Assembly: GCF_963921235.1 (NCBI RefSeq)
Contig: NC_086119.1
Span: forward strand, 24,242,001-24,306,000
DNA: 64,000 nucleotides
DNA from: Mobula hypostoma
Lineage: Eukaryota
Direction of reading: 5' to 3'
Shown: positions 26,126 to 38,875 of the stretch, piece by piece
Layout of the letters: every line of letters begins with the position of its first letter
Numbering within the stretch: the first letter of the stretch is position 1
The notes under the pieces: model-generated
What the model saw: the letters and a program-made list of their open reading frames with translations, nothing else
Databases searched by the model: none
Told to the model about the DNA's origin: nothing
Translations under genes and position numbers: made by a program

Positions 26126-27129
26126 CATGCCCAGCTTTTGGAAGCAGAACTATTGTGTTTCCATTTTATGGTGTGGGTAAAAGATTATCTCAAGGGATTA
26201 CTACAGTATTCGTAACATTGCATGTTCCTTTTCACTATTATTGCTGCTATACCTTGTAGCAAATTCGGAGATGGTGGTGCCCCTATTAGTTATGCCACAC
26301 GCTATTGTTTCACCTGCATTTGGACAAGGGGTTGTGAGTACGTGAACTTTCCCCACCACTCCATCCTTTCAGCGGAGGCCCGCAACTCGCCTTCGAGCGG
26401 GAATTGTGGAACTCAAAACATCTGCCAGTCGCGTCGAGATATTGACCAAAACAACACAATATTTTCCCCGATTAAAAAACTCACTGGCAGCCTGGATTAG
26501 AAATTCGATGAAGGCTATAGATCTTCCTGGAGTCTTGTCACTAGGACAGCTGTTATTTTCGCTCCAAAGCCAGTAATCTAAAGGCACAACAGTATCACTC
26601 CTTTTTTTTTATTTCCCTCATTGACTCCACATCAAGCTCCAAAACTTCAGTGAACAAACTTTTAAATCAGTTATGACATCGATCAACTTCATTTTACCCC
26701 CGAGGAACCTTGCGCTACTTCTGTGACGGTTAGCAAGTGTTCAAAGTAATCATCTCCGCCAAAAGATATAATTGAATAGCTTAAAATGTTTTATGAAAAG
26801 ATACAGGGAAAGAGGCAAATTGCCCACCCAACGTTGAGTTTCCCAGGGTGATTCCGTTTGAGCAGGCGATACTATCAGTGTGATGTTAAAGGAAAAAGAA
26901 CACATGCTACAAACTGATGCGAGAGGCTGATAAATTGCAATCGGCCTCAGCGCTACACAGCAGGCTTGGGAATAACGGCGGCCTGAGAAATATAAATGGT
27001 TTATCAATGGCGTTACGCGGGGAGAGAAATTGCATGGGAAAGAAAGAGAGAAAGAGTCCGAGAAGCAAAATGGAACACCACTCCCAAGAATGTGATCCCA
27101 ATCCCATTTTACCCATATTCATTGTGTCC

Positions 27130-27130
<1 letters not shown>

Positions 27131-27168
<38 letters not shown>
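27131..27168. repeat. (TG)19 microsatellite
   Basis: Read directly from the sequence. Confidence 0.95.
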
Positions 27169-27170
<2 letters not shown>

Positions 27171-28900
27171 CAAAAGCACTATCGAATCCACGGTTTATAT
27201 TTTATTTCCGCTAGATCAGAAGGGAGATATAGCTTTTTTTTCGCGCTGGGAACGGGTGCTGGGGGAGAGATATTTTATTTATATTTTACGGTTTTATGTT
27301 AGCGACGTGTCAAGGAGACAAAATAAATTGCTAATGCATAAGCAAAACCCGACTGCTTTGGCTTGCTGCGTGTCAGAACTGTGTGGAAGGAGTGGTGATA
27401 TGGGATTTAGAACGGATGGGAGGCTCTGAGGGATTTAAGCTGAAAATTACTCTCTCGTCTTGTACAAAATCAGTGACTGATGATGGGCTTTCTGAGTGAA
27501 TTTGAAAGCGCCAGTCCTAGGGCAAAAGACTGGCTCTGGCTTACTTACAAAAAAAAAGCATTGGGTAAGAAAGAGCAGTTTGACAAAGAATAGGTGCGTA
27601 CACAAAACGAAGGTATCGCTTTCATCTCGCCTGGGTGTTTGATTGAGAAGTATCATTTCCCAAAGTCCATTAAAATAAAGACAATAACCATTTATAAAAT
27701 GTTAAACCGTATCTACAAGTTCAAGACTTGACCTAACATTACACTATTTTTTTGCTTAATCATTTGCACTTTAGAGGTCGCATGCCTATCAACTCTCAGC
27801 ATAGAGCTGTCAGAAATTGCAAAGAATAAATTCACATTGGACAATGCGATAAATTAATATTAGCAAAAAAAAAAGTCAGTTTGCAGAAGATTGACCACGA
27901 CAATGCATTCATTCCAACAGACCAATGAATTAAAAATGGCGGCCGTTTTGACTGGGGACCTTAAATCCAGATGTGCATACTTGATAGCGAAAGCCAAACC
28001 AACTTTAGTGTTTTCATTTGCCCTATTAATTCCGCTATTTATTTAACGGAGATTCTACTTTCAACGTCCACGCGCAAATGCCGGAGTTGGGAAGGTTCTT
28101 TTGCAACTTTCAGCAGCGGTAATATATTATGGTTATGGGGTCATTCGTGTCCTGAATGTTACAGGAATATAAATAGCCCCGAAACTGTAAAGGTTTCTTT
28201 TTCATATTTCATATGTGTAAAAAAGGGAGGAATTTGTAAGGGTAATTTGAATTTACTACACACCTGAATGATCGCATACAAATAGGTATGGCATTTGCTG
28301 TAAGTGCCCTGAAAGACTGAATTAAGCCTCTTGGAATTTAATCACCAGACACTTAAAATAACACATCCATCTAGCAACGTTTTTATACAGTTATATAAAA
28401 TTTTGATATGATTTCTGACATTATAATAAACTATGAATCTGATAGAGGAAGGATAAAGGACAATAGTCTCAAGTATCCAACTTCACATATTGCTAAAGGC
28501 AAAGCCGATTGAAATACAATTAATCCGCCATGAATCATATCACCGATCCTAAAATATTTTAAAGAGACATCATTTGGAACAAAGTGCTGAAGGTGGGGTG
28601 TGAATTTAGGATGCTAAATGCACCATTTCTTTCCATGCTAAATTGAAACTTCATTTCCCTCCTTTTAATTGCATAAGTAATTACAACGACCACATTGGCG
28701 CTATTAAAAGTGGTAACTATTTCTCATCGTCCAGCAATAAACTATGTTGTTTGTTGTGACTCGTTTTGCAGACACCTTTTCGGTGCCGGTTGTAAATAAA
28801 GGCTTTTCAGCAGACCCTGGGTATTAGTTCTCACCCTGATTACAAAGCCTGCTCCATATGCTGGATGATGAGGTTATTGAGGAACTGGAGGTCACGGAAG

Positions 28901-28964
28901 AACTTGACACTCCTCCTAGGCTGACCAAGTGGCCACTTAGTCAGGCTTGGAGAAGTGTCAAGTT
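28901..28964. repeat. 64-bp loop-less palindrome (28/32 positions paired)
   Basis: AACTTGACACTCCTCCTAGGCTGACCAAGTGG|CCACTTAGTCAGGCTTGGAGAAGTGTCAAGTT. Confidence 0.9.
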
Positions 28965-30706
28965 GAGCATGGGTGTAGAGGTGGAACAGCGACATTCGAA
29001 ACTTTGGTTTGTGGGGTCGGGCGTCAAGTTAACCTTTTTGTGCCCTTTGCCTCGAATCCGGCCTTGGCAACAATGTCTTTGATGTGCTGAGCAATTTATG
29101 AGAAGCAATGTTGACATAGAGAGAGACATTCAGATCTCTCCTTTAAGAAGACGTTCTTAATTTATTCACATCGCGGTTCCTGGTTTTAACAGACAAATAA
29201 CTCACAAACCGACAGAAAGAAATCAAAGTTGCTTAGGGGAAGGGTTAAAGAAGCGACAATGTTAATAAATTATATACACATTCTGGATAAGGTATACAGA
29301 ACGACAGAAGAAGGAAAGAGAATTAAAAATATATGAATAGTACCAATATTAAGTCAATACATAAATACAGTATACACAATTTTAAACAATAATGCACAAG
29401 CGGTTAAACAAGAATCTTTAAATGTCGAAGAGTTCAAAATATATATTCGGAAAAATAAAAGTAGCTGATTTCGTACTTTCCTGACTTATTATTGATAAAA
29501 CGTATATTTTGAAAATGTATTTACATTTTCTATAACTAAGGCCGCTTTAGCTCAGATATTATTGCAATTATTTAGTTCCTCTGTTTAGCCATCAACTTTT
29601 GGGATGTCCCCGGCATCACCAGTAGTCAAGCCCAGATGAGTCCTTGAGGTTGTAACTACGCCTAACCCCCAAAGGGTAATTGGTAGTCCAGTGCGAGTCC
29701 AGTACACGGGGCTGGATATCTGTTCAGAAATATATTTATATTTGCCTTTTAAAAAACACGAACTGGCTTACGACGCTTCTTGAAACTGGGTTTTACCGGC
29801 ATCAAGACATAGTCGAATTTCATGATAATTAAAGTCGCTGTTAAGTACAATCGAGAGTTAATTGTTATTTCTGAAGTGATGACTGGGGATAAAACGTGCA
29901 GGCGAATAAGCCATTTCTACTCCTGGTCGTATATGTGCTCTGTAGGCTTCACAGAGCACAGATAATTCCTGGTGACAGTGCTTTGAGCCTGCCGAGTTAA
30001 AAACCAAAGGTTTAATTACTCCGTGCGCACCGAATACCAGGCACGGGGTGTTCTCATCGCTGCTCGCACAAGCGGCACAGAAACAAGGCCTAATCCCAAT
30101 GCTTGCCCTGGGGTCAGTCCGTGCCTTCAAGGGTTTAGACGACGCAAACGCCAGGATTCACTCGCTGCTTCGGTTATGTACCGCGGGGCAGCCCCGCGGA
30201 GTCAGTAACCGTGGAATTAAATCGTATCTCAGATGGATCTTTGCAAAACTAAAATCACTCAATAGCTGCAAGGGTAAACAGCATCATAGGGCGACTTTCG
30301 CAAACCATACAGTTCTGCACGAGCCAGAGAGATACTCTGTACCCCGGAGACCCAGTTCATCATAAATCGTAATACCGTATTGGGAACCTCCACTTTAACC
30401 TTCAGTAGAAACATTGCAACTACTTTTACCACACAAATCTTATTTCTGGCATATAGTATGTTGACAATGCAGTTCTTTTACCTAATGAGTAATTTCGTTA
30501 TTGCGAAGATCGCTTTTTGTTATTCCCCTTTAGAAAAAATTTCACTTTTCCAGCTTTTCATATTTTACCCTTCCAGTTTTTTACCCTAATCACGCCTACC
30601 CCCGCACTCGCGAAAAATAGCTATTTCTTTCGAAAATCAAACCATGCCTGATATAACACACACACACAACCAGATTAGAAGATGTTCATTGAACACACTC
30701 CTTCAT

Positions 30707-31010
30707 GTTAAAGTAAATCAAAGTACCTGTATGCAGTATCACTGTACTGTATACTACCCTGAGATTCATTTTCTTGTGGGCATTCAAAGAAACACAAGAG
30801 TATCAATGAAAAACTGCACACAAACACTGACAAAAACAATGTGCAAAAGAAGACGAACAGTGTAAATATAAATAATAAATAAACAAATAAATAACTACAC
30901 AATATTGAGAACAAAAATTGTGGAGACTTTGAAAGTGAGCCTATAGGTTGTGGAATCAGTTCAGTGATGACGTAAGTGTCTATGCTAACTTCATTTAGGG
31001 CTTAACTCAC
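30707..31010 (-). mobile_element. LINE (Rex1/L2-like) 3'-end fragment
   Basis: Near-duplicate of 41833-42135 (TACTACCCTGAGATTCATTTTCTT...TTGAAAGTGAG...GGAATCAGTTCAGT). Confidence 0.7.
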
Positions 31011-34000
31011 TCCATGCTGCTATATGTTGGACTTTGATATATAATCTCTTCTCTATATCTCACATCTTTTACCTGGACAGCTGCTCCCTGCCTTCACAAG
31101 CTTCAACACTGCTGGAGATAGCCTTATACATGCAATTCCTGCAGTGCTGTTATTTCTAGGTGTCGTTCTGATCCCCCAGTCTCTTGGATAAAAAAAGTAG
31201 AAAAAAGTGTGCAAACGCTCAGCAGGCCAGACAGCATCTGTGGAAAGGGAAGCAAGTAAAAGATCCTTCATCAGAGGTTAATCTCTTGTTCTCTTGACTG
31301 GCAGCATTTGATTGTCCTCTTTCTCAGAAAGAATTGGGGTTGAGATCTGGAATAAACAAAATTAAGAAGTAGGAGAGAAAAGTAACGAAGGACAGAGTGT
31401 ACAGGGAGTGTGTGAAAATAGGTGTGATGAAGAGATTTTTTTTGCAGTTAATCCCTTGCTAGAGGAATGTGAGAAACCATGGGATTTCTAGTACTGTCCG
31501 TTCAATAATTAAAATAGTGAAACCCAACTCAAAAATAGATCTATAGCAATTCCATTGTGCATAAATGCAAGATGAAATAGAATGAAGTTATTTTCAAATA
31601 GCAATTGGGAAGAGAGATGAGAGGTGTTCTAAAATTAAGTAAAGTGCATGCTTGTGCGTGTATAAATCACTGTTTCAATTTAGTTGCACAAATTCAGCTC
31701 AGAGTCTGAGAGGGAGGAAGAAATCCAATGATCAACATATAAGGATATGTTGCAAAAGATGGCAGAATTGGGGTGCAGCAAAATTAGAGTGTAGGGGAGA
31801 TGTGACAGACAAGGATCAGTGAAGGGAATGAATGCAAGTGCAAGTAAGAGAAAAAGTCAGAAAACATCACAAAAAGTACTGAAAGTTGTAGTGGGTGGAT
31901 GGATTTGTATACAGAGGAAGAATATTAATGGACACTTAAAGAATGCAGAGTTATGAAAATCAGACTGTGAAAGGAAAAATAAGAAATAATCAAAAATATA
32001 TTGTAGGATTTGCAGGACAGTGGGTCTATGAACTATGAGAGAAAAAATACATGAACTATGACAGAAAAAATACTATAAACAGAATAAGAAGTAATTTAAA
32101 AAGTAATTTTAAATCATTTTAAATCAAGTAATTTTAAGAAATTGAAAAATGCAACTATTAAAATGAGGAAATACAGACTGAATGCAGGTACCAGAGGGGA
32201 AAGGTGTATTTAGCTTTGATTACCAAATATGCCTCTGTTGTTGACGGGTTGAGAGGCGGAGACATAAATTAGTCCTCAGGATGGGAACAGGAAATCCACA
32301 GTAGCAGAACACCAACGGAAGAGCAGAAATGGGGAGGAAAATCTTTTCTTAACCAAACAAGGGAGCATAACTGGATCTGCTAAATGAGAGATAAAGAGTT
32401 TTATTCTCAGTACTTAAAGTAAAACTGAGATCATAGACAAAATTGTGGACAATCCAAAACATTCTCAGATTTATATAGTGTAATATCAAGTCTTTCAAGA
32501 GGATCACAATTCATGTCCAATAAATTACATGGAAAGTGTTAATAAGCTAAAGGATATGTAAACACAAGAGATTCTGAAGATGCTGGAAACTCAGAGTAAT
32601 ACACACTGATTAGATTAGAGAGCACCTATGCTGAGGAGTAAAGTGCCAGTGTTTCAGCTAAGACCCTTCATCAGTTATTGCAATATCATAATGAAACCAA
32701 AGATTTTGAACACCCATATGCATTCCCCCTCAGTGCATTCAAACGTAAAGAACCAAGCTTTGTTCACACCTTCTTGATGGTACTCTATGACAAATATTGT
32801 TTGATAGTGTTCCTGCGAAGTGCAGTACCTTGCCATGATTTGATATGTACATATCTAGGCACTATATAAAATTTTTATTTTATGTATACGAAAAGACTCA
32901 GTATTCAACAAATGCAAACAGAATTCTTGTCTGCTCCATTTTGAACCAGTTCAACCAGCATTTTAATGAAAAGAATTAAAGTGAAACAATACAGTCAAGA
33001 AATGATGATTGAAGTTGCACACTATCTTTATGGCTTATTGATATCTTTTTCTTTTTTGGTAGTTACAGTAAACAAATCTTTACTGATTAGTATAGCACAT
33101 TATAATTCATATTAACCCAGTCTGTTATGATGGATCTGAAGATGAATGTAAAATGAAGGAATTTGTTAGAGCCTTTATATGATCCATAAACTAAAGGCTG
33201 TAGCTATATTTACACAGTTACATAGCCGATATGTATGACCAGCCAATATTTATAGGGAAAGCATGGGATTCCATATCTGAAGCAATGATATTATGTACAC
33301 TACTTTCAGATTGCCGTGTGTAGAGCTGGACTGCACTTGGGAAGTTGAAATTTGAAACACACCAAAAAAGATAATGCTGAAACATGTAGCAAATTTCACA
33401 CAGCCAAGTTTTATGCTTTTTTAAAAAAATTCTGTTCCAGGTTACCCTCTCCTTCATGCCATTTTGTGTTCCAGCTGGGACAGGAAGAACAGGCAACCTG
33501 TTCTGAGGCCCTTGCTAATAGATCCTCTGTAAATGGAGATGCAAAGCACAGTCTGGGATGACTCATCCCTTGATTTTTCATTCTCATTGGGAAACCTCTC
33601 TCTCCTATTTGGCACCTCTCCCTGATTTCCTGGTGTGGAGGATCATGGGCGTAAAACCTGCACCTACTGTTCCTTGGCACAATGTTCTGGCATTCAACCA
33701 GATTAGAATATACACTGCTACATGTTAAGACTGAAGAATTGTCATTGATCTAACATGTATTATAAACTTCAATATGGAATATATTTAAATGTTAATGTTT
33801 CCCAAATTATCAGATTGTGCCCACTGGATTCTGTTTGGTTTTATCATCAATTCTATGTCATATGATAGAACATTCAATGAAGCAGTAACTATATATTGAA
33901 TATTGTGCAAATTATACCATGCACTTTTATGCATAATATATAAACATAGTTATCTGAGTGTGAATTGTCAGTCAATCTTTGCAACTACTGGTAAATAGTG

Positions 34001-34584
34001 TAGATTTTGGTGATTACTATTGGTTGATCTGACAGTTATAAATATCTGGAATAAAATACACTAACTAATACACCAGTTCAGCTTGTAGATGTCTGCCTTT
34101 CACTTCCTCTCTCCACCCCTTTATTATTCTCCAGTGAGAACTTATATTAATGTCTATCTCTCAACATGATAGTCATTTTTTAACAGGCTTCATCAATAAT
34201 ACATTAATTTCAGACACACAGACTCATCCTCTTCCATCTTTAATGTGTAGTCCAACATTCTGAATAAAAGTAACACGACAGCTCTCCTGGTGGAACTGAG
34301 CCGCAAAAGCTACAAAAGCTCCAGCTCCTGTTCCTGGTTTTTGGTGTAGCTAAGGCCAAAAAGAAAATGATTTTAATCCAGACTGCACACAGGAGCAGCG
34401 CTCTATCTAATGGCCTGTGCCCAGCAAAATCAAGATAGTACTACAAAAAAGTCTTACCTGTGGTGAGTCCAAAACCTTTATTTAATATGCGTTACTGACC
34501 ATTCTCTCAACTGAACCTGAAAAAATATCATGGCATTATTTTGAAGAAGGGAGGCCAGAGATAGGAAGATCATACTGTTTAGCA

Positions 34585-37500
34585 CGTGGCGAAGGAGATG
34601 CTGATGGAGGGATCTTTGGATCATTGGGCTCTCTTGTACAGAGGGTCGGTTTGCACCTGAACTGGAAGGGGATTAATAAACTAGTGGGAAGGTTAGCTAG
34701 TGCTACACGGAGGTGGGGGGGGGGGGTGGTTTAAACTAGAATCCCGGGGGGGGGAGGGTTGGGAACTAGAGTGCCAGAACTGATAGTGGAGTTGTTGTGG
34801 AGAGAGATGTTAAGTCTACGTACAAAGTCTGGAATCAAAATGTTGAGCATGGTGAGACTAACATCCTGATCTATGTACATTTCAAAACATGGAGTATTGT
34901 AGCAAAAGGCATATGAGCTTAGGGCATGGATCAGCATGTGGAATTACGACATTGTAGCCATTAGTGAGACTTGGTTGCAGGAGGGGCAGGACAGGCAGCT
35001 CAATATTCTAGGGTTCCATTGTTTTAGGCATGGAAGAGCAGGAAGGATTAGAGGAGGAGGGGATGCATTACTAGTCAGGGAAGTGCTCAGACAGGACAGA
35101 CTGGAGGGCTCATTTAGTGATGCTTTATGGGTTGAATTAAAGAATAAGAAAAGTATGACCACGTTAATGAGATTATATTATAGACATCCAGCAATCTGCA
35201 GGATGTAGAGGAGCAAATTTGTAGAGAGATAGCAGACTGTGGCAAGAAACATAAGGTTGTGATAGGAGGTGATTTTAACTTTGCACACATTGACTGGGAC
35301 TCCCATACTGTAAAAGGGTTGGATGAGAAAGGGTTTGTCAAATGTGCTTAGGATAGTTTCCTTAATCAGAAAAGTAGAAATTCCAGTTAGAAAGAATGTG
35401 ATACTGGATCTCCTATTAGGGAATGAGACAGGGCAGGTGACAGAATTTTATGGAGGGGAACATTTTGCATCTTGTGATCATAAGTTTTAAGGTAATTATG
35501 GAAAAGGATAGGTGTAGTCCTCAGGTTGAGATTCTAAAGTGGAAAAAGGCCAGTTGTGATGGTATCAGAAAAGAATTGACAAGTGTGGAATGGGACAGGT
35601 GGTTTCTGGAAAAGGTGTACTTGGTAAGTGGGTGGCCTTAAAAAATGAAATTTTGAGAGTACATGCTATGTTGTTGTCTGAATATAAGGCAAGGATCACA
35701 GGTTTATGGAACCTTGGTTTTTGAAAGATATTGAGGCATAGCAGGTATAAGTATGTAGGAAAAAATGAGGCACTCGAAGACTATAAGAAGTGCTAGAGAA
35801 CACTTAAGGAAATCAGGAGGACTAAAAGAAAGCATGTGGTTGCTCTAGCAGTCAAGGTGAAGGAGAATCAGAAAGGCTTCTACAGATATATTAAGAGCAA
35901 AAGGACGACAAGGGACAAAATTGGATCCTCTAGAAGATCAGAGTGATAATCTATGCTGGGAGTTGCGAGAGATGCAGGAGATCTTAAATGGATTTTTTTG
36001 CACCTGTGTTTAGTTGGGAGATGGACTCTGAACCTTTGGAAGTGAGGCAAAGCAGCAGTGAGGTCATGGACCATATACAGATTACAGATGAAGAGGTGTT
36101 TGCTGTCCTGAGGCAATTTAGGGTGGGTATATCCCCAGGGCCTGATGAGGTGTTCCCTCAGACCCTGTGGGAGGCTGTGGGAAACTGCAGAGATATTTTA
36201 AACATCTGGAGGATTGGAGGAAAGCTAATGTTCTATTTTTTAAGAAAGGCTTTGAGAGTAAGCCAGAAAATTATTGGCTGGTGAGCCTAACATCAATAGT
36301 GGGAAAGTTACTGGAAGGTGTTCTAAGAGAATGGATACATAAGTATTTGGATAAACTGGGACTGATTAGGGATAGTCAGCATTGCTTTATGCGAGGTAGA
36401 TCATATCTAATTAATCTTAGAAGGCAAGACAGTGGGTGTTGTCTACACGAGGAATTCTTCAGATGCTCGAAATTCAAGCAATAAACATCAAATTTGCTGG
36501 TGAACGCAGCAGACCAGGCAGCATCTCTAGGAAGAAGTATGGTTGACGTTCAGGCCGAGACCCTTCGTCAGGACTAACTGAAGGAAGAGCTAGTAAGAGA
36601 TTTGAAAGTGGGAGGGGGAGGGGGAGATCCAAAATGATAGGAGAAGACAGGAGGGGGAGGGATGGAACCAAGAGCTGGACAGGTGATTGGCAAAAGGGAT
36701 ATGAGAGGATCATGGACAGGAGGCCCAGGGAGAAGGAAAGGGGGGAGGGGGAAAAACCCAGAGGATGGGCAAGGGGTATAGTCAAAGGGAGAAAAAGGAG
36801 AGAGAGAGAGAAAGAATGTGTGTATATAAATAAATAATGGATGGGGTATGAGGGGGAGGTGGGGCATTAGCGGAAGTTAGAGAAGTCAATGTTCATGCCA
36901 TCAGGTTGGAGGTTACCCAGACGGAATATAAGGTGTTGTTCCTCCAACCTGAGTGTGGCTTCATCTTTACTGTAGAGGAGGCTGTGGATAGACATATCAG
37001 AATGGGAATGGGATGTAGAATTAAAATGTGTGGCCACTGGGAGATCCTGCTTTCTCTGGCGGACAGAGCTACATGGACCTTAGCAAGACCTTTTACAAGT
37101 TCCCGCATGGGAAGTTGGTCAAGAAGGTACAGTCACTTGGCATTGAAGAAGAGGTAGTAAGTTGGATTAAACATCGGGTTTGTGGGAGAAACCAGTGAGT
37201 GGTAGCTGATGGTTGCCTCTCTGACTGGAGGTCTGTGACTAGTAGTTTGCAGCAGGGATTGGTTCTGGGTCTTTTATAGTTCACCATCTATATCAGTGAT
37301 CTAGACAATAATGCGGGAAAATGGATCTGCAAATAATGACTCCAAGATTGGGGTTGTAGTGGACAGTGAGAAAACTATCTAAGGGCCAGCTGGAAAAATG
37401 GGCTGAGAAATGCCAGATGGAATTTGGGTAGGTCTTACATAGTGAGTGGTAGGGCACCGAGGAGTACGGTAGAACAGAAGGATCTCGGAATACAGATCCA

Positions 37501-37830
37501 TAATTCCTTGAAAGTAGGGTCACATGTAGATAGGGTTGTACAAGAAAGTTTTTGGCACATTGGCTTTCATAAATCAATGCATTGAGTACAGGAGTTGGGA
37601 TGCTACGTTGAAATTGTATAAGGCGAGGCCTACTTTGGAGTATGGTATATAGTGTAGTCACCAACCAACAAGATAAGATTGAAAGAGTGCAGAGAAAATT
37701 TACAATGATATTGCCGGGGTGGAATGGGTATGGAGGGCTATCATCCAGGTCCAGGTTAGGCAGATTAATGGTTCGGCACAGATTGGATAGACTGAAGGGA
37801 CTGTTTCTGTGCTGTAATGTGTAAGACTCT
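34585..37830 (+). mobile_element. Degenerate long CR1 LINE (ORF1 esterase-like remnant, ORF2 endonuclease and RT fragments, 3' tail)
   Basis: GLHLN-like ORF1 remnant at ~34650; YDIVAISETWL and GDFN endonuclease motifs; ENY..VSLTSIVGKLLE; IERVQRKFT; many frameshifts and deletions. Confidence 0.9.
36448..37068 (-). mobile_element. Penelope-like element 3' end (GIY-YIG endonuclease C-terminus and terminal repeat) nested in the CR1
   Basis: Open frame 37067..36867 reads SVRQRKQDLPVATHFNSTSHSHSDMSIHSLLYSKDEATLRLEEQHLIFRLGNLQPDGMNIDFSNFR*, matching the PLE HFN..H..E..I..L..P.G.N signature. CTACA occurs at both junctions. Confidence 0.88.
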
Positions 37831-37834
37831 ATAA

Positions 37835-37960
37835 GAGTGTGTGGAGTTTGCATGTTCTCCCTGTACGTGTACCCCTGGGTGGTCCCAGTTTCTTCCTATA
37901 TCCCAAAGGACATATGTGTTGGCGGTTAATCTGTTGCTGTAAATTTACTGCTAGTGTATG
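37835..37960 (+). mobile_element. V-SINE core fragment
   Basis: GTGTGGAGTTTGCATGTTCTCCC...CAGTTTCTTCC. Confidence 0.65.
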
Positions 37961-38336
37961 CGTGAGGGGGCTGAATGTAGAGAGTCAAGGAGAATGTGGG
38001 AAAAATAAAATGGGATGTATAAATGGTTGGCATGAACTCAGTTGGAAAGAGCCTACACTATTTCCATACTGCATGATTCTACAAGAGCTGAGTCCTGATC
38101 AGTATTTACACTTTAGCCAACTAGGTCAGATACTGACCACCTTCACATAACTGCACTTTGGAGCATACATTTTACAGAATGACTGGATTGTTCCTCATAT
38201 TATAACATCAATTACATTTCAAAATACGTGATTGGCTGCAAAGCACTTTCGGATGTCCTGGGAGGGACGTGAAAGGTGTAATGTGAATGTAAGTTCTTCT
38301 TTTATCCATGTTTCATTTACAATTGTTGCAGACGTA

Positions 38337-38875
38337 CAATCAGTGGACACTTCATTAGGTACCTCCTTTGCCTAATAAAGTAGCCACTGAGTGTAGGTTT
38401 GTGTTCTACTACTGCTAGTGGATCTTCAAGGTTCGATGTATTATCCATTCAGAGATGCTCTTCTGCACACTACTGTTGTAACGCCTGATTATTTGAGTTA
38501 CTGTTGCCTTCCTGTAAGCTTGAACCAATCCGGCCACTCTCCTCAGAACTCTCTCATTAACAAGGCATTTTCACCCACTGAACTGCCACTCACTGGATTT
38601 TCTTTTCGTTTTTCACACCATTCTCCAGAGACTGTTGCGAGTGTAAATCTGAGGAGATCAGCCATTTCTGAGCTACTCAGATCACCGATACAACCATTCC
38701 ACGGTCAAAGTCACTTAGATCACATTTCTTTCCCATTCTGATGTTTGATCTGAAAAACAACTGAACCTCTTGACTATGTCTGCATGCTTTTAGGCATTGG
38801 ATTGCTGACTTATGATAGGCTGATTAGATATTTGCATTAATGGGCAGGTGTATCTGATAACAAGACCATGGAATG
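38337..38875 (-). mobile_element. Non-autonomous Tc1/mariner derivative, copy 2
   Basis: TA at both flanks; homologous to 25629-26125; double-TIR mini-cassette at 38337-38393. Confidence 0.8.

Noticed and set aside
26917-27429. 170-aa ORF with a CV repeat
   Set aside because: It runs through a (TG)19 microsatellite and has no recognisable domain.
28862-28927. C/D snoRNA-like layout (TGG-ATGATGA ... CTGA-CCA)
   Set aside because: The terminal stem is only 3 bp, there is no host intron or recognisable rRNA guide, and the D box lies inside the palindrome arm; probably chance.
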